A program made the translations under genes and the position numbers. The notes beneath the pieces were generated by a model. The model had not been told where the DNA came from. It saw only the letters and a list, made by a program, of their open reading frames with translations, and did not search any database. Below are positions 32,662 to 41,142 of a DNA stretch of 64,000 nucleotides, piece after piece; position 1 is the first letter of the stretch, and each line of letters starts with the position of its first letter. This DNA comes from Synechococcus sp. (lineage in GTDB: Bacteria; Cyanobacteriota; Cyanobacteriia; PCC-6307; Cyanobiaceae): the NCBI GenBank assembly GCA_047285305.1, contig JBJBDL010000003.1:288001-352000 (forward strand), given 5' to 3'.

Positions 32662-33510
32662 ATGCAATTAACAGAGAAACTGCAGGTTATCAAAAAGACA
32701 TTTGGAGAATGGACTGCTCACAATATAAAACTAACCGACAACATATCAACAATGCAAAAAGGTACTGGCGAGCGTTATATACATAGAGCAGAAGCGTACA
32801 AATCACTGATTCAATTAGGACTAAAAAGACGTATATCTCGGTTAAAAATTCTTGATTTAGGTTGTCTTGAAGGTGGAATTAGTATCGAACTAGCAAGGGA
32901 AGGTGCATTATGCACAGGCATAGATATTAGAGATGCGCACTTAGAAAAAGCACGTTTTGCGGCAGAAGCGCTAAAGCTCAAAAAAAAGTGTGAATGGATT
33001 CGAGGAGATGTGACAGATTCAACACTGTGGAAAGGTAAGACAAAATACGATGTAATAATACTTTCTGGACTTCTTTATCATCTAGATTTACATGATATTT
33101 TGCCTCTCCTTAAGAGATTAAGATCTATAATCAGTAAAAAGGGTTTACTTATAGTTGATACAAATATCACCTCTTATTGTCTTGAGTCTGGGACTATATC
33201 GGATGATCTAACGGTATGGGGAAGAACGTGGAGAGAGCATGGAGTAGAAGACTCTCTTAACGATCGTATATCAAAAGCTTGGAGTAGTTTTTCGAATAAT
33301 AATGCTTTCTGGTTAACAGAGAGAAGCTTGGTAAATGTTCTTGTATCAGCAGGATTCACTTATGTTTATAAGCCTCTCTATCCCTACCATGAATGGGCTC
33401 ACAGAAATCGTGATATTTGGGTCGCTATACCGGGAGAAAACAAAGATATTGCATTGCCTTTAAGAAATGATCCGGATGATCGGCCAATTGAACATCCTGG
33501 ATTCGAATAA
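32662..33510 (+). CDS. Class I SAM-dependent methyltransferase
   Basis: ILDLGCLEGG, GIDIR, YDVIILSGLLYHL. Confidence 0.88.
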   Translation: MQLTEKLQVIKKTFGEWTAHNIKLTDNISTMQKGTGERYIHRAEAYKSLIQLGLKRRISRLKILDLGCLEGGISIELAREGALCTGIDIRDAHLEKARFAAEALKLKKKCEWIRGDVTDSTLWKGKTKYDVIILSGLLYHLDLHDILPLLKRLRSIISKKGLLIVDTNITSYCLESGTISDDLTVWGRTWREHGVEDSLNDRISKAWSSFSNNNAFWLTERSLVNVLVSAGFTYVYKPLYPYHEWAHRNRDIWVAIPGENKDIALPLRNDPDDRPIEHPGFE

Positions 33511-33694
33511 AGTTAAAAAATTACATTCGCGAGACGCAATACAAAAAATGTAGGATGATTTATATTTGAACGCTTCTCCTATAGTAGACAAAGAATAGGT
33601 ACTAATAGTTAGTAGAGACCAAGTCATAAAGTGGATAATTTAGTTGCAATAAGCTAACTGTAGAATATTCCTAAATAGGAAATGACGAAAATTA

Positions 33695-34873
33695 CTATTG
33701 CCTTATACTACGGACACTATCAGTTTGATCTACAAGAAGATCGGATACTAAACTGATGACACGTTTATCACGTAACTTCAGATTGGCAGTTATGGACATT
33801 CCGCTTCTCAGGGGAATTACTGTTTCTTCGAACTCGAGGTAAGACTTATCCAATGAAAGACGCACAGGAAAGCGGTAATAGTTTGCTGTTGTATCTGGGG
33901 ACAAAGCATCTGCCCCAATATGAGTCACAGTACCGTTAAGTTCACCATATCTAGAAAATGGAAAAGCATCAACTCTTACTTTCGCTTTTAGACCATCCTT
34001 GACAAAACCAATGTCCTTATTTGGAACAAATACTTCCGCCTTTAATCCCGACTGAGGAACAATTGAAACAATCTTCTCGCCAGGCTGCAATACTCCTAAT
34101 TTTACGGCTTTAGGCTGGAAAATTATACCTGTAGTGGGTGCTAAAACATTTTGATATTGTAACTGCAATTCAGCTTGCTTAAGCTTACTCTTCATTTGAT
34201 TAATACTTTTATCTGCAATAAGCTGTTGAACTGATTTTTCAATTTCAACTCCTGCCAAGTCAGTTTCAAGTTGAATTAATTGATCTTGCTGCTTTAAGAA
34301 TTCAACACGTTGGAAACCACCGTCTGACACTAGAACACGCAAATCATCTACGATTTGCTTATAAGTGTCTAATTTCTTTCTTAAGGCAGTTTGCTTGTCA
34401 CTCATCAGTTTAAGCTTTCTATCCAATGCACCTTGTTCAATTTGTATAAGTGTAGTTAAAGTCAATTTATCATTGGAGGCTGAAGTTGTATCAAATTTAA
34501 CAAGCAGATCTCCTTTGTTAACTAGCTGGCCTTCCTTAAAAAATACCTCAAGAATTTTACCGCCTGCAGGTGTCTTAACATCAGTTGTACCCTCAAGTGA
34601 TTGGAGCTGTCCAGTAACAGTGATGACCTCATCTATCTTAAAAAAGATAGACCCTAAGACAGCAATACTTCCTAGACCAATAACTGATGCCAAGAGGGCT
34701 TGAGTCCAAACTGGGGTTTGTCGAAGAACAAGAGATCTGTTTTTAGCCATCCAGCGGTCAGCTTGATCAGCGACCGAGGACTTAACGTTAATTCGTTGAG
34801 TCGATAAGCGTTTGTTTAATTTTTTGAAAAATGAAGAGCTAAACAAGTTGAAATTCGATCGTTGATATTTCAT
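33695..34873 (-). CDS. hlyD: HlyD family T1SS membrane fusion protein
   Basis: Single TM, VKTPAGG..EGQLVNKGDLLV lipoyl-like motif, coiled coil, NKDIGFV, VDAFPFSRYG, LRSGM. Confidence 0.92.
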   Translation of the reverse strand: MKYQRSNFNLFSSSFFKKLNKRLSTQRINVKSSVADQADRWMAKNRSLVLRQTPVWTQALLASVIGLGSIAVLGSIFFKIDEVITVTGQLQSLEGTTDVKTPAGGKILEVFFKEGQLVNKGDLLVKFDTTSASNDKLTLTTLIQIEQGALDRKLKLMSDKQTALRKKLDTYKQIVDDLRVLVSDGGFQRVEFLKQQDQLIQLETDLAGVEIEKSVQQLIADKSINQMKSKLKQAELQLQYQNVLAPTTGIIFQPKAVKLGVLQPGEKIVSIVPQSGLKAEVFVPNKDIGFVKDGLKAKVRVDAFPFSRYGELNGTVTHIGADALSPDTTANYYRFPVRLSLDKSYLEFEETVIPLRSGMSITANLKLRDKRVISLVSDLLVDQTDSVRSIRQ

Positions 34874-35290
34874 GTTGATAAATGACAATAGGGCCAGAAG
34901 CTTGGTATCTGAGGACTCAAATCGCGAGGGAGTTGGAAACCATTTCAATATTATATCACCATAAAGGCCATTGAAGTCATCATCTAATATTCAGGCCTGT
35001 CGATTAGTATTATCTGATTTGTAGTAGATGAAATCCTCGTTTGTACACAAACCAAACAACCCGAGTGATACAATAACTATAAATAACCAGAGACCCTGGA
35101 AAAATAAAAAAGAATGGATCGGAAATCCGACGATAATCCTCTTTTAGCGGTAAGGTAATGAACTTTAAGAGCTTTGTACTCAAATATTGCTATTGGATGG
35201 AAGAAATTTAATCTCGATTTGAAATTGCTGTGAGTAGAGAGGTGTACTCACAGAATGAACTAGTAAGAATTACTTGAAATGGGTGAAGAA

Positions 35291-35328
35291 AATAAAAAGA
35301 GTGAACGCAGCAAGCCGCGTTCACTCTT
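35291..35328 (-). terminator. Orphan Rho-independent terminator-like hairpin
   Basis: 12-bp perfect stem AAGAGTGAACGC/GCGTTCACTCTT (35297-35328) with an 8-nt loop and a U-rich tail on the minus strand. Confidence 0.55.
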
Positions 35329-35911
35329 CATGGCATCTTCGGCATACACATTGTGCCACAGCCAGACGGCCCAAACCAGTAGATATAGAGTCGATACGGT
35401 ACGGATAACACTACATACAGTGTCCTTAGAGCGGAAAACTTTATTAAGCCCCAAAGGGTGAGTCAAGATCAAGGTTAATAAAATTGATGAGCAATAAACA
35501 AGAATACTCGTGCAGAGAAACTGAGGGAAACAATAATTTAATATCACCAGTGCGACTAATGACTAAATAATATCTAAACTTACCAAATTCAATACAAGCA
35601 AGAAACGGCCAGGAATTCAAGAGATACTTGAATTCTGTCGCTAACATCGAGGTTCAAAAGTTTGTAACAGAAAACCGACGGAATGATAGAAAATCCAAAT
35701 AGGTAGAACGAAATAACAGATTCCTTAAGGAAAAATAAGAGGTTTAGAATTAGCTTACATGACATACAGAAAATGAAGGGTAGTCTTGCACGCGTAAGAA
35801 AACCTATAAGTTACTCAAAAAGAGGCTATTATGGATTTGACATAGTCCAAGCTTTAGATATCAGCATGAAACTGAAAAGTGCCTACAAGCTCAAATAACT
35901 TATATAAAGAA

Positions 35912-36784
35912 ATGAAAGCTTTCTTTGATACCAATGACATTCCAATCTTGTGGATCAATCTTGAACGAGCTAAAAAACGCAGAGCTCGAATGAGTTGGGC
36001 CCTACAAACTGGAGGATGGAAAGCGTATAGATGCAAAGCAATTGATGCAGAGGACCTAAATCAGCGACTGTTGCCGTTACCCAACCCATTTAGCGTTGGG
36101 ACACTATTACCAGGCTTGTATCGCTGTGCGGAAGCCATGCCTAATCGACGCACTACTCGGCCAGAATTAGCCTGCTTAGCAAGCTGGAGACGACTCTTAC
36201 TAAAGGCTTCAAGAATTAAAAGTTCCAGTAACTGGTTTCTGCTTATGGAGGACGATCTGGGAGCAAGCCTGGCAGCACCGGATGCTTGGGCTCACTCACT
36301 TAATGATCTTATCGAATTCTGCCCAAAGCAGACACTTGCAATTCAGTTAGCACCTATTAGTTCAACAGTGCGTGAAGAACTAGCTAGAAAGTGGCACGAA
36401 AGTCAAGGTAAGTGCTTGGCAATAAAAAAGGAATTCGTTAAAAGCCATGGAAATGGAGCAGTACTTTTACATAAACGAGCTCTGGATCTTCTCCTAGATC
36501 CATTGGTCGTCTTCACAAATAGGTTCAAGAAAAACTGGCATCTACTAGTACATCCATGGGGCATAAGACCAGTGGCTGACAAGTGGATTTATGGCTCACT
36601 ACCACCGGGCTCTTGCCAAGTTGCTACATACCCACACTTTTGCCTTGAAGCTCAGGATTCAACGTTACATGTGGATCATGTTGAAGCTTTTCACAAACCT
36701 AGCCGAAAAGTTACAATAGACATCTGGAAGGAAGATAATCGCTTAAAACTCATAGAGTCTCAGGAAATGTGGGACAAGATCTAA
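35912..36784 (+). CDS. GT25-like glycosyltransferase
   Basis: ILWINLERAKKRRARM, ELACLASW, FLLMEDD. Confidence 0.75.
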   Translation: MKAFFDTNDIPILWINLERAKKRRARMSWALQTGGWKAYRCKAIDAEDLNQRLLPLPNPFSVGTLLPGLYRCAEAMPNRRTTRPELACLASWRRLLLKASRIKSSSNWFLLMEDDLGASLAAPDAWAHSLNDLIEFCPKQTLAIQLAPISSTVREELARKWHESQGKCLAIKKEFVKSHGNGAVLLHKRALDLLLDPLVVFTNRFKKNWHLLVHPWGIRPVADKWIYGSLPPGSCQVATYPHFCLEAQDSTLHVDHVEAFHKPSRKVTIDIWKEDNRLKLIESQEMWDKI

Positions 36785-36836
36785 AATCAAATAATCACTT
36801 CAATGAGTTGGCTGAGACAACAGACACTGAAACAAT

Positions 36837-37592
36837 CTATCCTTCTGGCAGAAAAGGAAGGACCTGCTGGTTTTGATCAGTTGGAAAAGAACTGCTACCT
36901 CTAAACTCTTCAATATTTTGATTGAGATACCCATGAAGTAGTTTACGCTTGTCTTCAGATACTCTTCCATGAACAATCTTTACCGCCATTCCGGCACCTG
37001 TGAGCCATGGTTTGGGTGTTCGTAAATTATATTCTTGAGGAAGCACCCAAATTCGCAGACCACGATTGATAGAGGCCCACCAAAGAGCCGCTCTAAGCGT
37101 GGCTTGATCAAATTCTATTCCTACATCATCGTAAAGCTTAAGCCAGTGTCTAACAAGAGCACGCTGACGGTGACAACGGCGCATACCTAAAACTCCACTA
37201 TTCAACTCAGAAAAGCCCTCAGGAACCTCAGATCCTTGCCAATCGCACCATCTGACAGGAGCATGACATCCAACCAGGTCAATACTTCCTAAAATACGAA
37301 AAATATCGTCAATTGGGGAAATAATCTCGAGGTCGGTATCAAGAAAGAGAGTTCGCTTATATGGAAGATGTAAAAGCGGAAGAATCTTATCCCTGTAGCT
37401 TTTTTTGGGGCATGGATGGCTTACAACATTATCAAAGAGACCACCAGGAACTAATTCTGGCTTGTCTGTTACAAGAGTAATTGGCCTTCCACTCAGAAAA
37501 GGCCGGATACGAACGACGGAGTTAATTGCTTCCTCCAGATAGCGAGTGCCAGTTGCAACCTGGAGAACACCCTCATGGTACTGATGTCTCAT
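36837..37592 (-). CDS. GT-A fold nucleotide-diphospho-sugar transferase
   Basis: TLFLDTD (DxD), ELNSGV, DQATLR, LPQEYN. Confidence 0.75.
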   Translation of the reverse strand: MRHQYHEGVLQVATGTRYLEEAINSVVRIRPFLSGRPITLVTDKPELVPGGLFDNVVSHPCPKKSYRDKILPLLHLPYKRTLFLDTDLEIISPIDDIFRILGSIDLVGCHAPVRWCDWQGSEVPEGFSELNSGVLGMRRCHRQRALVRHWLKLYDDVGIEFDQATLRAALWWASINRGLRIWVLPQEYNLRTPKPWLTGAGMAVKIVHGRVSEDKRKLLHGYLNQNIEEFRGSSSFPTDQNQQVLPFLPEG

Positions 37593-38608
37593 GCAAGTTG
37601 TCCCTCCCAGCGTTCCATAGCAGTTTGCACAGAGTCAACCATCCGCTGATAATTGTATAACTCTCTAACTACGTTAGAGGACTGAAGTAGATTATTCATC
37701 AATTCAGTCGGATTTTTGTTGAGTCGGTCATTCAAATCCTGACAAGCATCCAAGAACCCAAGCCAGTCACCATATGCGACTTCTCGGCCGGCATAATGAG
37801 CAGAGGCTAATTTTAATAACTCGCTGCCACCCAGTCCGGAGTAACCAATTAAATAACATCCACAAGAAGCTGCCTCTGCTAGAGGCAGACCAAAGCCTTC
37901 AGGGTGCCCATAAGCTAAGAAGACAAGACTTCTTTGAAGCAACTTAGCTACATCTTCTTGCGGCAAACCATTAATTGGTTGCAAAGACCATCCAGCAGCT
38001 TGGAACCAAGCTTTTTGTTGAAGGAATGCGGACACAATCGATGAGTCTTTAGCATTCTTACGTGGCATAAACGAAATTACGCGACTTTTCGCCTCAGGTG
38101 GCTTGAACAATTGAGTTTCAATGCCATTAATCAGCCGGCTAACCCTCTGATCACCTAGCTGGAAAGCATTTTTTAAAAGCAACTCATCATGCTGTGATAT
38201 ACACAGGACATATTTTAAATCAGGGTGTTTGTAAAGCCTAAGAACTCCATCAGGACCGGGAAATCCGTCTCGATCATTGAAACCAAAACTGAAAGCTCCG
38301 TTCTGATTAAATAGAATTTTTGGGATACCTGGAGCGTATCGAGGCAATATTGGAAGGAAGGTCTCTGGGAGAACAATTACATCACGATCAGATCTAAGCT
38401 CAACAGACGAAGTGAATTCTGATTTACTAATAGTAAGTACATTGCTACTAAACCATCCTGGATGAAAAGATGATTTGTCTTGGATAATCTTCACATCCCG
38501 GCCAAGATAGTTAAGTGCCTCAGCAAAACGATGCATCTGCTTTACCCCGCCAATAGGCCGAGGTATATCAGGATGCAAGGCAAGCCAGTATCGGTAAGGA
38601 TGAGGCAT
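37589..38608 (-). CDS. GT4-like glycosyltransferase
   Basis: PIGGVKQ, FMPRKN, PEGFGLPLAEAASCGC. Confidence 0.85.
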   Translation of the reverse strand: MPHPYRYWLALHPDIPRPIGGVKQMHRFAEALNYLGRDVKIIQDKSSFHPGWFSSNVLTISKSEFTSSVELRSDRDVIVLPETFLPILPRYAPGIPKILFNQNGAFSFGFNDRDGFPGPDGVLRLYKHPDLKYVLCISQHDELLLKNAFQLGDQRVSRLINGIETQLFKPPEAKSRVISFMPRKNAKDSSIVSAFLQQKAWFQAAGWSLQPINGLPQEDVAKLLQRSLVFLAYGHPEGFGLPLAEAASCGCYLIGYSGLGGSELLKLASAHYAGREVAYGDWLGFLDACQDLNDRLNKNPTELMNNLLQSSNVVRELYNYQRMVDSVQTAMERWEGQLA

Positions 38609-39133
38609 CGTTTAAATCTGACTCATGAAAAACAGTCATACGACTAAGAACTGATTGCTAGTCGTTTTGAGAATAGACGTTGAGTAATCTTAACAAATCC
38701 AAACTTCAAGCAGAGCAAGGGGCTTGGGGGGGGCGGACTATCTTATAGAAATCAGAAATAGAATAGAAATCAATGCAAAAAGGCAATTTAAAGGCAAGAA
38801 ATACGCTGATTTAGAGATTCAACCATAATCACCTTGCTTTCGCAATCACACAATAAAGAGTCAACAGTGGGCGTCATCCACAAAGAAAAGATGAATCTAT
38901 CGCAAGGCGAGATCTCTAATGCATTAATGATTTGCTGACCATACGTAGCTAACTATGTCTACTGACTCTAGACCTATATGAATGTAAAAACAGTATTTAG
39001 CTCAAGGATCTGAGATTTTCTGACGAGTATAGGTAACCTATTACCTGTCGACCAGAACCTAACTTTTGATAAATTCGGATCTAAACTGCTTCGTACGTAT
39101 CTGACAGAATTATGGCCTAAGCCGAATCAGCCA

Positions 39134-40315
39134 GTGTTTTCACCAGCCAACCAAGCACTGGATCTAAGCTCACGCTTTACCACCAGGCGACTGGTACAGA
39201 GCCCTTTACATGAGGGTACTTGGGCACTCCTGGAGCCAGCAGGTCGTCAAAATCATGCTCCCCAGCTCTGTTGGGTCAATTCAGACCTGCTTGCTTGTGT
39301 CTGGATGGCAGGCGGGCAAGAAGGAACAGCTGGGATGAGCATCTTTCTAAGCGAACTTCGACGAGGCCGAAGACACTGGAGCAGACCGCGCTTGATTTCG
39401 CGAGACGAGCAACGTTCGGAGCAGAACCCTATTCTTTACGTATCGGAAGATGGACGCCTACAGTTGATCCATACTGCTCAACAGGTAAGGGATCGAGATG
39501 ATCAAAGTTGGCAAAGAGAAGGTACAGCTTTCTCAATGCAGTGGACAGCCGCTTTACGACATCAAGCACGGTCTTTGAGCTCCAGCCGCTGGAGCCGTGC
39601 CTCAGATTTGATAAGTGATCCAGCCTTTTGCCGTCACCCCCCATATAGGCGCAGCGACGGGTATTGGCTACTACCTATATATCGAAGCCTTAGAGAAGGT
39701 GGAGCATTTGGTCAGGATCATTCTGAAATTCTAGTACTTAATCCTGACGGTTCAAGCACTGGTCAAATTTACCCAGTGCCAGAAAGTGTTGGCCGAGTGC
39801 ATGGATCAATTGTAATAAGTAGCGATGGCAAAAGTCTTCTTCAATTTTTTCGCTCACGATTAGCAGATCGAATTTATCGCTCATACGGATCACTGGATGG
39901 ATCGGTATGGTCGGAACCTCTGCCTACTACATTACCAAATAATAATAGCTCTATTCAAGCGTGTCGATTATCTAGCGGACTTCTTGCGATGATCTACAAC
40001 CGTTATGGTCTTGAAAATGGGGATGAACATACTCAATCCTGGGGAGAGGCAAACTGGCCACGAACTCGTTGGCCACTATCAATAGCTTTGAGTCCAGATG
40101 ATGGAGACACATGGCCTTGGATACGTGACATTGACACAGGGCTTGGTTTCTGTGGTGAAACAAACTGGCATTTAAATGGCCAACTCGCCTACCCAACGCT
40201 CTTGGAGGGAAATCCAGGTGAACTTCATCTGGCTTATTCATGGGCAGGAAGGTCCGCCATTCGTTATGTCTGCCTAGAAGAATCTACAATCATTGGTGAA
40301 TCCAACTGGTTTTAA
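39134..40315 (+). CDS. BNR/Asp-box repeat sialidase-fold protein
   Basis: NHAPQL..W..G..EG, EQNPIL, Asp boxes SLDGSVW and SPDDGDTW, LPNNNSSI, AYP. Confidence 0.85.
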   Translation: MFSPANQALDLSSRFTTRRLVQSPLHEGTWALLEPAGRQNHAPQLCWVNSDLLACVWMAGGQEGTAGMSIFLSELRRGRRHWSRPRLISRDEQRSEQNPILYVSEDGRLQLIHTAQQVRDRDDQSWQREGTAFSMQWTAALRHQARSLSSSRWSRASDLISDPAFCRHPPYRRSDGYWLLPIYRSLREGGAFGQDHSEILVLNPDGSSTGQIYPVPESVGRVHGSIVISSDGKSLLQFFRSRLADRIYRSYGSLDGSVWSEPLPTTLPNNNSSIQACRLSSGLLAMIYNRYGLENGDEHTQSWGEANWPRTRWPLSIALSPDDGDTWPWIRDIDTGLGFCGETNWHLNGQLAYPTLLEGNPGELHLAYSWAGRSAIRYVCLEESTIIGESNWF

Positions 40316-41142
40316 TGAACTTAGATCTACATCCTGAAAGCGTTTTATTCCTGACACTCGACTCTTGTCGATATGACAGCTTTCGCGACGCTCATGCTCC
40401 TGCTCTTAAATCAATTGCACCTCTGCACAAGGCACAAGCACCTAGCCACTTTACATATGGAAGCCATGCCTCATTTTGGATGGGATTTACACCTGGCATC
40501 CAGTCAAAAAGAAAAATTCCCTGGCTAAATCCAAAATCTGGGAAATTATTTAGGATGAAGAATTCCGCAGCTCCGAATCATGGCACGGATGCATTCGAAT
40601 TAACTGGGTCAAATATTATTGAGGGTTTTCGCGAACTCGGTTACTACACATTGGGAACTGGAGCCGTTGGATGGTTTGATCAAGGAACTCCAACAGGTTC
40701 TGTACTAGCCTCTCCGTTTGATCAATTTTGGTATAGCGGTCAAACTTGGAAGCTACGTGCCCAACTTTCCTGGCTTTTTAGTGAGATAAAGCTTCAAAAA
40801 ACTAAACGCCCTATATTTGTATTTTTAAATATAGGTGAAACTCATGTTCCCTACTGGCATGAGGATGCTGATTGGGAGCCGTGGCCCAGTCCATGCGTTC
40901 CTTTTGGGGGAAATCAATGTTCGCGCCGTGAAAGTCGCAGGCGGCAGATTGCATGCCTTGAATGGGTTGATTCTCAGCTTTCCCCAATATTGGATGCCTT
41001 CCGACCATGTACGACAATTGCCTGCGCAGACCATGGCGACTGTTGGGGTGAGAATGGACTTTGGGAACATGGCATCAGCCATCCTTCGACGCTTACGGTG
41101 CCATTATTGATGAGGGTTCGCGGGGAGCCAATTTCACTCTAA
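40315..41142 (+). CDS. Alkaline phosphatase/sulfatase superfamily metalloenzyme
   Basis: LTLDSCRYD, APSHFTYGSH, ETHVPY, ADHGDCWGE, WEHG, VPL; TAATG coupling. Confidence 0.75.
   Translation: MNLDLHPESVLFLTLDSCRYDSFRDAHAPALKSIAPLHKAQAPSHFTYGSHASFWMGFTPGIQSKRKIPWLNPKSGKLFRMKNSAAPNHGTDAFELTGSNIIEGFRELGYYTLGTGAVGWFDQGTPTGSVLASPFDQFWYSGQTWKLRAQLSWLFSEIKLQKTKRPIFVFLNIGETHVPYWHEDADWEPWPSPCVPFGGNQCSRRESRRRQIACLEWVDSQLSPILDAFRPCTTIACADHGDCWGENGLWEHGISHPSTLTVPLLMRVRGEPISL

Noticed and set aside
35260..35547. 95-aa hydrophobic ORF and other 60-95 aa ORFs in AT-rich spacers
   Set aside because: No motifs; composition is explained by the strand skew; this ORF runs through the terminator-like hairpin
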